The notes under the pieces were generated by a model that saw only the letters and a list, made by a program, of their open reading frames with translations, did not search any database and was not told where the DNA came from. Below, piece by piece: positions 1 through 8,749 of a DNA stretch of 64,000 nt; positions within the stretch are counted from its first letter, which is position 1, and each line of letters opens with the position of its first letter. This DNA comes from Alphaproteobacteria bacterium (GTDB taxonomy: Bacteria; Pseudomonadota; Alphaproteobacteria; JBFXJJ01): assembly GCA_050175015.1 (NCBI GenBank), contig JBFXJJ010000003.1, forward strand, positions 96,001 to 160,000, in the 5' to 3' direction. The position numbers were made by a program, and so were the translations under genes.

Positions 1-146
1 AAACCAAGGGCAACGTCTCGGATATCAACGTTGCCAAACAAAGTTAAGGCTTCACTTTTTTCTCTTGTTAATGTTTTCTGATAGCTAAACACGAGCAGAA
101 CAGAAACAAAAATAATGGATCCAATCAAAAATAGTTTTTTCTTCAT
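1..146 (-). CDS. HlyD-family efflux membrane fusion protein (YbhG-like), N-terminal part; runs off the window edge
   Basis: Translated by hand from ATG at 146: MKKKLFLIGSIIFVSVLLVFSYQK...LTLFGNVDIRDVALG, an N-terminal TM plus the YbhG-type GNVDIR motif; directly downstream of a CecR-like regulator. Confidence 0.75.
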   Translation of the reverse strand, partial: MKKKLFLIGSIIFVSVLLVFSYQKTLTREKSEALTLFGNVDIRDVALG

Positions 147-158
147 TATGATTAATCC

Positions 159-881
159 TTAAATTAATTGTTTGATATTTAAACAAGCTTCAGTATGAGC
201 AAGAATTACTTTGTGTATGATTTCTATCTGAGATTCATTTAGTTTCTTTGTTCCCATTTGGCGCATAAAGCTTGAGCGAGCAACAAAAAAACCTAGAATT
301 TGTCCTATAAATGCTTGGCATCTTACTTTTGCTTCATCACTTTCAGGATTTATTTGTGTGCATAGACCAATCATTGTTGTGATTAATTCTTGCATAGGCT
401 TTATTTGTCTGGAGTAAACTATTTCAAAAGCCGGAGAAGGGTTTGATTGTTCTCTAAGCATTATTTGCAGCCACGATTTTGTATCATCAGTTTCAACAAA
501 CATAGCGACAATTTTTTCTATGATACTTTTAAAAAGTTGCTTGGCTTTCAATAAATCAGGTTGAGGCTGGTTTAAAATATATTTTAATTCATCACGAACA
601 CTTCCTGTATTATCGACTATACGATCAACGATATATTCAATAACTGCTTTATAAAGTTGTTCTTTGCTGCCGAAATAATAGGGAATAGAAGCAAGGTTAA
701 CTTTTGCATAATTGGTCAACATACGAGTTGATGTGCCTTTATATCCATATTCTCCAAATAGATTAATTCCAGCAATAATAAGCTTATATTTGGTATCTTT
801 TTGTCCTTTGCCAAAGGACACTAGTGCTTTGGAGGATTTCTTTGAAGCTGTTTTTTGTGAAGTTTCTCTGTTTTTTTCCAT
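159..881 (-). CDS. TetR-family regulator, CecR/YbiH-like (DUF1956 C-terminal domain)
   Basis: TetR HTH (LFGEYGYKGTSTRML...IPYYFGSKEQLY); LREQSNPSPAF motif; linked to a YbhG-like gene. Confidence 0.85.
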   Translation of the reverse strand: MEKNRETSQKTASKKSSKALVSFGKGQKDTKYKLIIAGINLFGEYGYKGTSTRMLTNYAKVNLASIPYYFGSKEQLYKAVIEYIVDRIVDNTGSVRDELKYILNQPQPDLLKAKQLFKSIIEKIVAMFVETDDTKSWLQIMLREQSNPSPAFEIVYSRQIKPMQELITTMIGLCTQINPESDEAKVRCQAFIGQILGFFVARSSFMRQMGTKKLNESQIEIIHKVILAHTEACLNIKQLI

Positions 882-978
882 TTTTTAATACTCTCTAGAT
901 TAAGAGATGGTTTTTTGTTATCCAAAGTTTCCCATTGACTTTGTTACCATTGTTTCCCTTATATTCTATTATCATTTT

Positions 979-1026
979 AAGTCATTCGAATGACTTGGTC
1001 AAATGTATAATTCATACGAATGACTT
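979..1026. promoter_or_regulatory. Tandem palindromic operator pair, probably bound by the TetR regulator
   Basis: Perfect 18-bp palindrome AAGTCATTCGAATGACTT (979-996) and a 2-mismatch copy AATTCATACGAATGACTT (1009-1026), about 100-145 bp upstream of the TetR start. Confidence 0.7.
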
Positions 1027-1096
1027 AGTTTGAGAAATGTTAATAAATGTTTTTTAACGCTATGTTTTAAACTGGTGGTAAGAAATTACATAAAAG

Positions 1097-2146
1097 CTAA
1101 AACACTTTTTGATTAAAAACATTTTGCATAATGTACATTGACACAAAACATACTGAGCAAGAGATTATGGGGGACGTTATCCAAGCGAGTCCAATATGGC
1201 TTAACGATTTCCATCTTAAGCCGCTGCCTTTTTGCAGTAATGCTATGCCGATAATAGCTCCAATTACTGCTTCTGAGCTGGAAACAGGAACGAGCGGGAT
1301 AGGCGGCAGGTTGTGTTCTATAAGAAAGTTTTTTAATTCCTTAGATGAAAAAATGAAAAGAACCAAAGAATGAGCCATTACTACAACCCAAGCGGCAATC
1401 GGCGATAGGTCTAGCAAGCCACTACCTACAGTTTGAATCACTTTTTTAGAATATGTTATTACGCCAACGGCTATAGCTAGTCCTCCAAGCAAGAAAAGCA
1501 CTTGTTCGGGAGCAAGAGTTAGAAAATCAAATAGAGTTAATTGGGGCAGGGGTGATGATTTAACAAAGACACCCATTACATTAGCGATGTTATTTGCTCC
1601 TAAGGAATAGGCTCCAAAAGCTCCCGCAATGATAAGAGCAATTCTCGTGTATAAATCCATATAAAGCATAGGTATGGGAAATTTTTTAAATATTAATTTT
1701 ATTGAAAGCATTAAGATTACGGAAAAAGTTGCGGCAAGGATAGGACTGGCTATCCAAGCTGAGAAAACTTTTAAAACGGAGTCCATATCTGCGCTTTTAC
1801 CTGTAAATAAGCTCCAGCCGAGAATGCTGCCAAAGATAGCTTGCGTTGTTGAAACGGGAATACCTATTTTAGTCATAACAAAAACAGATAAACCCGCAGC
1901 AAAAGCCGCAACAAAAGCCCCAGCAAGTGTTTCGATAACAGCCAGCTTTCCAATCGTATGAGCGGCATCGCTTCCTCCTATAACAGCGCCTAAAACTACA
2001 AATATGCTGCAAATAACCGCCGCCGTTGGAAATTTAATCATACGAGAGCCGACAGCTGTTCCAAAAACGTTGCCCATTAAATTGGCACCTAAAGCCCAGC
2101 CGAGGAAAAGACCGCTGGTTAGGTAGAAAAGTGTTGAAAAATGCAA
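1097..2146 (-). CDS. PiT-family inorganic phosphate transporter
   Basis: Two PiT signature repeats (GWALGANLMGNVFGTAVGSR; GANNIANVMG) and PVSTTQ/PVSSSE motifs; multi-TM. Confidence 0.9.
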   Translation of the reverse strand: MHFSTLFYLTSGLFLGWALGANLMGNVFGTAVGSRMIKFPTAAVICSIFVVLGAVIGGSDAAHTIGKLAVIETLAGAFVAAFAAGLSVFVMTKIGIPVSTTQAIFGSILGWSLFTGKSADMDSVLKVFSAWIASPILAATFSVILMLSIKLIFKKFPIPMLYMDLYTRIALIIAGAFGAYSLGANNIANVMGVFVKSSPLPQLTLFDFLTLAPEQVLFLLGGLAIAVGVITYSKKVIQTVGSGLLDLSPIAAWVVVMAHSLVLFIFSSKELKNFLIEHNLPPIPLVPVSSSEAVIGAIIGIALLQKGSGLRWKSLSHIGLAWITSPIISCSVCFVSMYIMQNVFNQKVF

Positions 2147-2159
2147 TTTATATCCCTCT

Positions 2160-2822
2160 TTAAGCTATTCTTTTTATTGTAAAAATTGTTAATTTATCTG
2201 TTATGTTAGCAGCTAGATGGGTGATTTCATTAATTGAGTTACCAAGAGATCTTATTTGAGATTTATGGATTAATTCTAACTCATTGTTTTCAAATAGAGC
2301 TTTTTGAAAAATAGAGCAGGTTTTAGCGCTTTCTTCTTTTAGAAAAACGACATTATAGATATGTGATTTTACTTCGGTTATATTTTTGAAAAAAGCCTTG
2401 CTGGATTTGACTAAACTTTCTGTGCAGTTGGTAACCGCTTCGGTTATATCATTGAAATACTCTGCATAAGATTCTGGAATCACAGGTTTTTCGATTGATA
2501 TTTGTAGCAATATGCTTTCATACTTGTTTAATATCTTATCTAAGCTTTCAATTAAGGTAAGAACGTCGCCTCTTGAATCAGGAATTAGAGTATAAGAAAA
2601 AAGGTTAGTTTCAATTTCACGGCGCAAGTCATCATTGGTTGCTTCATATTTTTGAACCATAGCAAAAGCCGTATTAAAATTGGTTGAAATGCCTTCTTCA
2701 AGGTAATAGTTTACTGCATCTTTAAAAGCAGATCCTGCTTCGCAAAGATTATTGTTAAACTGTGCAATTTTAAAATCTAAACTTCTGGTTATCTTAAACC
2801 AGCTAAAAAGCGGCATAAACAT
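2160..2822 (-). CDS. DUF47/PhoU-like phosphate transport regulator
   Basis: DDLRREIETNLF..LIPDSRGDVLTLIESLD motif; adjacent to PiT, the usual pairing. Confidence 0.85.
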   Translation of the reverse strand: MFMPLFSWFKITRSLDFKIAQFNNNLCEAGSAFKDAVNYYLEEGISTNFNTAFAMVQKYEATNDDLRREIETNLFSYTLIPDSRGDVLTLIESLDKILNKYESILLQISIEKPVIPESYAEYFNDITEAVTNCTESLVKSSKAFFKNITEVKSHIYNVVFLKEESAKTCSIFQKALFENNELELIHKSQIRSLGNSINEITHLAANITDKLTIFTIKRIA

Positions 2823-2986
2823 TGCTGGAATCCTGATTTTTTGGAAAGAAATATCATAACAGGAAAAGACAATGTAAAGCTAAGGTGCAGAGGTATAGTT
2901 CTTTGGTTCTTAAGGCGTATTTATACTACTTAAGAGGTATCAGATATCTTTTTGGGTATAGAATTAATCAGGACAACCGTTTCATA

Positions 2987-3604
2987 TTATAAGTTATCTT
3001 CATTAAATTTTTTTATAGCTTGGACACGATTAGAAACGCCCAGTTTACGATAGATATTTCGCAAGTGGACTTTAACCGTTACTTCTCTTATGCCCAATGA
3101 TTTAGCAATTTCTTTGTTAGAAAAACCTTGGGACAAAAGATTAACAACGCCTGTTTCTCGTTCGGAAATATTGCTTGTTTTATGCGATGAATTATCAAGT
3201 ATGATTTGTGATGGAATATAGGTCTCTCCAGACAAAATAAGCTGGAGTGCAAAAACCATAGCTTCACCTTTCATATTTTTAGGAATGAATCCTCTAACAC
3301 CAAGTTTAACGGCCTCGTTAATATCAATATCATTAACAAAACCGCTCATTATCACAACAGGAGCAGGGGCAAATTTTTCAATAATTTGTTTTATAGAAAA
3401 AAGCCCATTCATTCCAGGCATACGGAGGTCAGCTAGGACTAAGTCAAATTGACTATTTGGGAAAGCAATAAGCTGGAAAAAATCGCAAGCTTCTTCAATT
3501 ATCGTCTGCCCTTTTGAAAGCATATTTATAAAAGGTGCAAGTCCATCTCTGATAAGGTCGTGATCGTCAGCTATTAGAACTTTTATATTGTTTTTCCCAA
3601 ACAT
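2987..3604 (-). CDS. NarL/LuxR-family response regulator
   Basis: Receiver (IADDH, DLRMPG, FIPK) plus LuxR HTH (GFSNKEIA...TVKVHLRNIYRKLGV). Confidence 0.93.
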   Translation of the reverse strand: MFGKNNIKVLIADDHDLIRDGLAPFINMLSKGQTIIEEACDFFQLIAFPNSQFDLVLADLRMPGMNGLFSIKQIIEKFAPAPVVIMSGFVNDIDINEAVKLGVRGFIPKNMKGEAMVFALQLILSGETYIPSQIILDNSSHKTSNISERETGVVNLLSQGFSNKEIAKSLGIREVTVKVHLRNIYRKLGVSNRVQAIKKFNEDNL

Positions 3605-5582
3605 TTTTTACCTTTGTTATTAATTCTTGTCGTGATATTGGTTTAATCATTACGACGGCGTCATTAGCATAGAGTTCTTTGCAGGTTTTATCAATTTCGT
3701 GAAAATCTAAGTGTCCAGAAACCAATATTATCGGCAGGTCATCATTATACAGTTTGAGTTCTTGTACTAAGTCAAAACCGTTTTCTAAGCCAATTTTAAT
3801 ATCAGTTATTAAAATATCGCAAGGATCATTTTCAAAACAAGATATGGCGGAAGATAAATTTTCAGCAGTTGAAACTCTAAAGCCTTCGTTTTCTAAACAT
3901 TCGCTCATTGCGGAGAGAGCGTCAATTTCATCATCAACAACAAGGATATGAGGCGTTTCAGGTTCTATCGGCTCATCTCTAGGGATATTTTCAAACTTGG
4001 AATTATTCATATAATGAGGAAGTTTTATAATAAAAGATGTGCCTTCTGATAATTTGGCAGCGGCAATGGAACCGTTCATTGATTTAATAATGTCATAACA
4101 TAAGGCAAGCCCAAGTCCTAAACCATTTCCGCTTTTTTTGGTTGTAAAAAAGCGTTTAAATAAGCGTTTCAAATGGCGTCTATCAATATTCGCCCCATTA
4201 TTTGTTATTTCAAGAATAATGGTTGTTTGGTTTTCAGCCAGTGATAAATTTAATGTGATTTGCCCTTTCTCTGTATTTTCAGGAAATTTTTCATTAATAG
4301 CGTCTCTTGCATTGAGTAAGATGTTGATTATAACTTGTTCAAGCTTAATTTGTTGTCCTTTAGTGTAGTAATCATTACCAGAAACGGAGCTTATAACCCT
4401 GATTTCCCGACGAACCTGATTAAACATATTAAGAGCATTCAAGATGGCATCTCTGGCAGAAAAGACCACATCATCTCCGCCATCTTTTCGAGCAAAAACT
4501 CTTACGTGGTCTATGATTTTGCTCATTCGCATAGCTTGTTCTGCGATAATTTTTAGATTTTTTTCTAATGTAGTATCTTCAATAAAATGATTTTTTTGCT
4601 TTTCTAAAATCAAATTTTCGGCTTTTAAATTTATAATATTCAATGGTTGGTTTAGTTCATGGGCAAGCCCCGCAGAAGTTTCACCAAGGCTTGCGAGGCG
4701 AGCGTTTTGAAGCCGCTGAATTTGAAGAATGTGGAGATACTTTATTAAAAGAAAATAGACTAAAGCAGCACTTAAAGCCGAAAATAAGGAAATAATAAAC
4801 TCTATCGGCGAGACTAAGCTCGAGACAGGTTTAAATTCAAACTGCCAGTTTCTAGAGCCGATTTCTAATTTGGCAGTAAAAGTATTCTGACTAAAATTAG
4901 GTAAGATGCGGCTGCTGTTTTTAATACGTGATTTATGAAATCCTAGAATTATAGGAGCCTTATCAGTTGCAATGTCTTTAATTGTTATATCAAGCCCAGC
5001 AGGAGTATCGTGCCTGTTTAAAACGGCTCTTAAAAGACCGTCAATGTCAAAGACGCCGACAATAAAGCGGTCTTTTTTGCTTGTTTCCGAAAAGGGATAA
5101 ACAAAGAGCATCATATTTCCCGAAAAATCGTGCTTAGAAAAAGGTTCAGACATTACAGCTTGATTGTTTTTCATCGCTTTAAAAGAGGTTGTTTCTAACA
5201 AAAATGAATAATTTTCGGGAACATAAGAAAAAAAGTCTTTGGTTTTCCATATAATAGATGTTTGGGCTTTGCTGTTGGTTACAGCTGAAGCTACAGCTTT
5301 CAAGGTTTCATTATCTTCAGTTATAATTTCACCAAAGATTTCATAGTTTCTTTGATTCTCGGAAGGGGGTATTTTTCGACTGAATATTTCTATTATTTTT
5401 ATTGTATGAACGTTTTTGCCTAAGACTTGACCAACTGTTTGCATATAATCAAGGACAATCTTTTCGTGTCTTTTTACCGCAATCCCATTGAAAGACATAA
5501 AAACCACAAAGAAGATAGCAAAGCTTAAAATGATGCCTAGAAGTAAAAGAGCATATTTTTTGGGTTTTATTGCAAGGTTCAT
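3567..5582 (-). CDS. Hybrid sensor histidine kinase (TM, CHASE-like sensor, HisKA, HATPase, receiver)
   Basis: H-box AGLAHELNQPL, N-box NILLNARDA, G-box GNGLGLGL, C-terminal receiver (LVVDDE, LITDI, KP). Confidence 0.9.
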   Translation of the reverse strand: MNLAIKPKKYALLLLGIILSFAIFFVVFMSFNGIAVKRHEKIVLDYMQTVGQVLGKNVHTIKIIEIFSRKIPPSENQRNYEIFGEIITEDNETLKAVASAVTNSKAQTSIIWKTKDFFSYVPENYSFLLETTSFKAMKNNQAVMSEPFSKHDFSGNMMLFVYPFSETSKKDRFIVGVFDIDGLLRAVLNRHDTPAGLDITIKDIATDKAPIILGFHKSRIKNSSRILPNFSQNTFTAKLEIGSRNWQFEFKPVSSLVSPIEFIISLFSALSAALVYFLLIKYLHILQIQRLQNARLASLGETSAGLAHELNQPLNIINLKAENLILEKQKNHFIEDTTLEKNLKIIAEQAMRMSKIIDHVRVFARKDGGDDVVFSARDAILNALNMFNQVRREIRVISSVSGNDYYTKGQQIKLEQVIINILLNARDAINEKFPENTEKGQITLNLSLAENQTTIILEITNNGANIDRRHLKRLFKRFFTTKKSGNGLGLGLALCYDIIKSMNGSIAAAKLSEGTSFIIKLPHYMNNSKFENIPRDEPIEPETPHILVVDDEIDALSAMSECLENEGFRVSTAENLSSAISCFENDPCDILITDIKIGLENGFDLVQELKLYNDDLPIILVSGHLDFHEIDKTCKELYANDAVVMIKPISRQELITKVKNVWEKQYKSSNS

Positions 5583-5671
5583 TTAGTTTTCTCTTTAATA
5601 TTTCTTAATATATTGAAAAGATTATAAGCTTGTTTTCCATTTTAAAAAAGTTTATATTAAATAGCAATGGT

Positions 5672-5816
5672 CAGCAGTTCACCAAGGCTTCGCCGTCGTT
5701 GAAAACGATATGCTAAACCTGCTTTGCTTTATTTTTAACCGACATCTTTTCTTGTGCCGTGTTAGAAAGGCGAACCCTAACAATCATTAATTTTTACGGC
5801 ACATAATAAGAGAGGA
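5672..5816 (+). promoter_or_regulatory. Structured 5' leader / candidate riboswitch (resembles the sul1 RNA motif) with an RBS-sequestering stem
   Basis: GC-rich island in AT-rich DNA; hairpin TCGTT-GAA-AACGA; TGTGCCGT (5753-5760) pairs with ACGGCACA (5796-5803); TCTTTTCTT (5745-5753) can pair with AAGAGAGGA (5808-5816, RBS). Family name is from memory only. Confidence 0.5.
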
Positions 5817-5822
5817 TTTGTT

Positions 5823-6395
5823 ATGGTTAAAACAACTATACCTTTTTATTGTGAAGATATTTCACAACTGGCAAAGTCAATTACAGCACAGCTTAAGACA
5901 TTTGAAAAAAGCCCAAGTCATTTGGAAGTTTTAAATATTTTAGCCAAAGCCAAAGGTTTTCGCAATTTTCAGCATTTTAAAGCTAGCGATATTTCAGATT
6001 TAGAAAAACCTGAAGATAACACTGCTAATGAAATATCATTAGAAAATCATAATGCTGATTCAGAAATTGATGAAGCTAAGATTAAAAAAATTATGAGATA
6101 TTTTGATAATGATATGCGTCTTATCAGATGGCCATCAAAAGAAAGTCATAGGTTGTTATGTATCTGGGTTTTATGGTCAAATATTAATTCTAAGCAGAGT
6201 TTCAGCGAAAAAGAGATTAGTTCAAAGTTAGATGAAATGCATCTTTTTGGTGATTATGCCTTACTTCGCCGCTGGCTTTGTGATTATGGGCTAATGACCA
6301 GAAACAGTGATGGCAGCAATTATCAAAGGGTTGAATTGGTTCCATCTGTAGAAGTCAAAGCTTTAATTAAAGCCTTGAAAATGCGTAAAGGTTAA
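5823..6395 (+). CDS. DUF2087 domain-containing protein
   Basis: DISQLAKS...LNILAKAKGFRNFQH N-terminus and RWPSK...FGDYALLRRWL.DYGLMTR..DGSNYQR C-terminal motif. Confidence 0.85.
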   Translation: MVKTTIPFYCEDISQLAKSITAQLKTFEKSPSHLEVLNILAKAKGFRNFQHFKASDISDLEKPEDNTANEISLENHNADSEIDEAKIKKIMRYFDNDMRLIRWPSKESHRLLCIWVLWSNINSKQSFSEKEISSKLDEMHLFGDYALLRRWLCDYGLMTRNSDGSNYQRVELVPSVEVKALIKALKMRKG

Positions 6396-6404
6396 TCAAA
6401 ACAG

Positions 6405-6447
6405 AAAAATACCCTGCTTATGATCTTAATTAGGCAGGGTATTTTTT
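6405..6447. terminator. Bidirectional intrinsic terminator
   Basis: AAAAATACCCTGC...GCAGGGTATTTTTT between convergent genes. Confidence 0.8.
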
Positions 6448-6546
6448 ATGTAGTTTAAAACCGCGATTTAGAAAAAATAAAGGCCGCTTTAATTAATTAT
6501 GGTTATGAGTGCAACTAGGCGTAAAGTTTCTCACGCTTACTTTTGT

Positions 6547-7119
6547 TTAGGCATTAAATTTGCTTGTTATTTCGGCAACCCGTTGTCCAAATAGTTTGGC
6601 TGTTTCAATATCGCCTTTGGTTGGAGCTTCTTCAGGAGAGGAATCTGACGGCGATTGAGCGTAAGCACCAGAAAAACTTCCTAACCAGTTAATATCATCT
6701 CTTGCAGCAGATTTTTTGTTAGATGGCATTAAACCCGTTCCAACCCAAACCATACTATGCTGCATTGCAAAAGTTTGAAGATATGACATCGTGGAAAACT
6801 TATCACCATTTAAAGAGGCTGAATTGGTGAAGCCGCCTGCAACTTTGTTTTTCCATTTTTGTTCAAACCATCTTTTAGAGCTGTCATCGGCAAATTTTTT
6901 AAACTGCCATGATACCGAACCCATATAAGTTGGACTTCCAAAAATTATGGCTTGGCATGCATCGAGTTCTTGCCATTCTTGCTCTGTAAGATTTCCATCT
7001 TTGCTTATTTCATAAAGTTTAACATCAGGGTTAAGCGCTTTTGCCCCAGAAGCTACGGCTTCTGCCTGATTTTTTGTATGTCCATATCCACTAAAAAAGA
7101 CAACAGCTATTTTAATCAT
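6547..7119 (-). CDS. Flavodoxin-family WrbA-like NAD(P)H:quinone oxidoreductase
   Basis: FSGYGHT FMN-binding loop, IFGSPTYMG, AGGFTNSASLNGDK. Confidence 0.9.
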   Translation of the reverse strand: MIKIAVVFFSGYGHTKNQAEAVASGAKALNPDVKLYEISKDGNLTEQEWQELDACQAIIFGSPTYMGSVSWQFKKFADDSSKRWFEQKWKNKVAGGFTNSASLNGDKFSTMSYLQTFAMQHSMVWVGTGLMPSNKKSAARDDINWLGSFSGAYAQSPSDSSPEEAPTKGDIETAKLFGQRVAEITSKFNA

Positions 7120-7213
7120 AAAATTTCCCCCTTATATAAAATTATTTAATCAAAAAAAGTTTATTTAAGTTATATAGTATCAAAAATTGAAAAAGGTAGG
7201 GCTAAGAAGAAAT

Positions 7214-7252
7214 AAAAAAACAGCTTTAGGAATAATATCTAAAGCTGTTTTT
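7214..7252 (-). terminator. Intrinsic terminator after the 7266-8204 gene
   Basis: 14-bp inverted repeat AAAAACAGCTTTAG/CTAAAGCTGTTTTT. Confidence 0.75.
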
Positions 7253-7265
7253 ATTTTTGTTTAAA

Positions 7266-8204
7266 CTAACAACGAACTCTTTCTTGTTCCCGTTCCCGTT
7301 GTTTAATTAAATGGCGGCATAATCCTCGACTCCTAGTCGTTGCCTGAACCATAGTTGCTCTCCCCTTTTGCAGCAGGGCATCAATGTTTAGCTCACTTCC
7401 TCTTGAAGACGATTGAGATGTCATATTTTCACTGATGTTTAGTATAGCATTAATAGTGTCTAACTTTTCATTAGCAAATCTAGCATCGTTTAACCCAACG
7501 TTGTCAAATGCAATGCCATTATCAGCATTATTTATATTTATCATTTTGCTGAGGCACGAACGTAAATCTCTAGCATTTCGTCTCATTTGACGAATGGTTG
7601 TATCTCTAATATCCAATAATTTTGTGTATTTAGTGACCGATTTACCTAAATCATTGCTTCCAATGGAATCAAGATTGCGGCTGTCTGTAACCTGTACATT
7701 AGTTTTTTGGTTATTAAGCATCATCTGCTTGATTATAGCACTTTTATCGTGTTTAGCTTCGGGGGCGTGTCTTTCAAAAGCACTGATTTTTAGGTTAGGA
7801 AATTTTTTAGAAGATTCTTCAATGTTTCTAACTAAATTTTCAGCCGCTCTTTTGAAGTCTCTATCTTGGGCATCTTGAATGAATTTATTGGTGATACTTC
7901 GAGCTTTAGAATCGCCTAGTTCTTGAGCAAGACTTGCTTCCATTTGCTTTTTTATAAGAATAGTTCTTTCTTGAGCGCTGGTTGTTCTGCGATCGTGATC
8001 TGATGATGCCGAATTTTTTACCACACTGAAAACGGCATCTTTAATTTCTAATTCAGCCATTTCAATGCTTTTGCGTGAATTTCTCAATTTTAACTCAAGC
8101 ATTTCATTCTTTTTGATGAGAGAATCGGTGGTTTCTCCCGATACTTTATTATCAAAAACAAAATCTTTATTTGTTGTTGTAATTTGTACTCTTCTGTTTT
8201 GCAT
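7266..8204 (-). CDS. Hypothetical helical protein with Arg/Glu-rich C-terminus
   Basis: 312-aa ORF with AAGGGG RBS and downstream terminator; no recognised domain; ends KQREREQERVRC. Confidence 0.7.
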   Translation of the reverse strand: MQNRRVQITTTNKDFVFDNKVSGETTDSLIKKNEMLELKLRNSRKSIEMAELEIKDAVFSVVKNSASSDHDRRTTSAQERTILIKKQMEASLAQELGDSKARSITNKFIQDAQDRDFKRAAENLVRNIEESSKKFPNLKISAFERHAPEAKHDKSAIIKQMMLNNQKTNVQVTDSRNLDSIGSNDLGKSVTKYTKLLDIRDTTIRQMRRNARDLRSCLSKMININNADNGIAFDNVGLNDARFANEKLDTINAILNISENMTSQSSSRGSELNIDALLQKGRATMVQATTRSRGLCRHLIKQREREQERVRC

Positions 8205-8283
8205 TTTTATTCCCCTTTATGGACAAAAATACGGTTTTATTTAAAATTAATATACAACAAAAATGTAGAAAATACCAGAAAAA

Positions 8284-8718
8284 TCAAAACAAATCGTCGA
8301 CAAAAAGATATAAAGCTTCAGAAAAAGTAGGAAATGAAGCCCCTATGGCAAAATCAATGCGGTCTATGATAAGATATTTGCGTTCTCTGGCGTCATACAC
8401 AAAGAGTTCTTCTGCAACTTTTCCTAAAAGAATTTTGCCTGCAAAGAAGTCATATCCTAGAAAATCAAGATTAACTTCAATTATTCCAGGGAGGATATAA
8501 CCTTGCTTTTCTCTCTCGTGAGATCTTGTTCCAAATAATTCTACTCCATTCCAGATTAGACCGTCAGAAAATTTTAACAAGGAGATATAATTAGGAGGAA
8601 TCGGCGAAAAGTAATGGCTGGTTAACATAGAACTTGAAAATCTAATAGCTTTGTCATCAGCAGGGATAAACATCACAGCATTATCTTTTTTTAATGTCTC
8701 TAAAATTCTGTTAAGCAT
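8284..8718 (-). CDS. YrhA-like SMI1/KNR4 (SUKH) immunity protein
   Basis: IPPNYISLLKFSDGLIWNGVELFG...GIIEVN...LFVYD motif; directly downstream of an HNH-domain gene; paralog at 33762-34205. Confidence 0.8.
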   Translation of the reverse strand: MLNRILETLKKDNAVMFIPADDKAIRFSSSMLTSHYFSPIPPNYISLLKFSDGLIWNGVELFGTRSHEREKQGYILPGIIEVNLDFLGYDFFAGKILLGKVAEELFVYDARERKYLIIDRIDFAIGASFPTFSEALYLFVDDLF

Positions 8719-8749
8719 ATTTTTTACAGTCTAAACATTATTTTGGTTG

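Noticed and set aside
8219-8500. Plus-strand 93-aa ORF and the many other antisense or nested short ORFs in the track (e.g. 12599-13063, 18202-18606, 22505-22954, 42780-43256)
   Set aside because: Shadows of well-supported genes with no recognisable motifs
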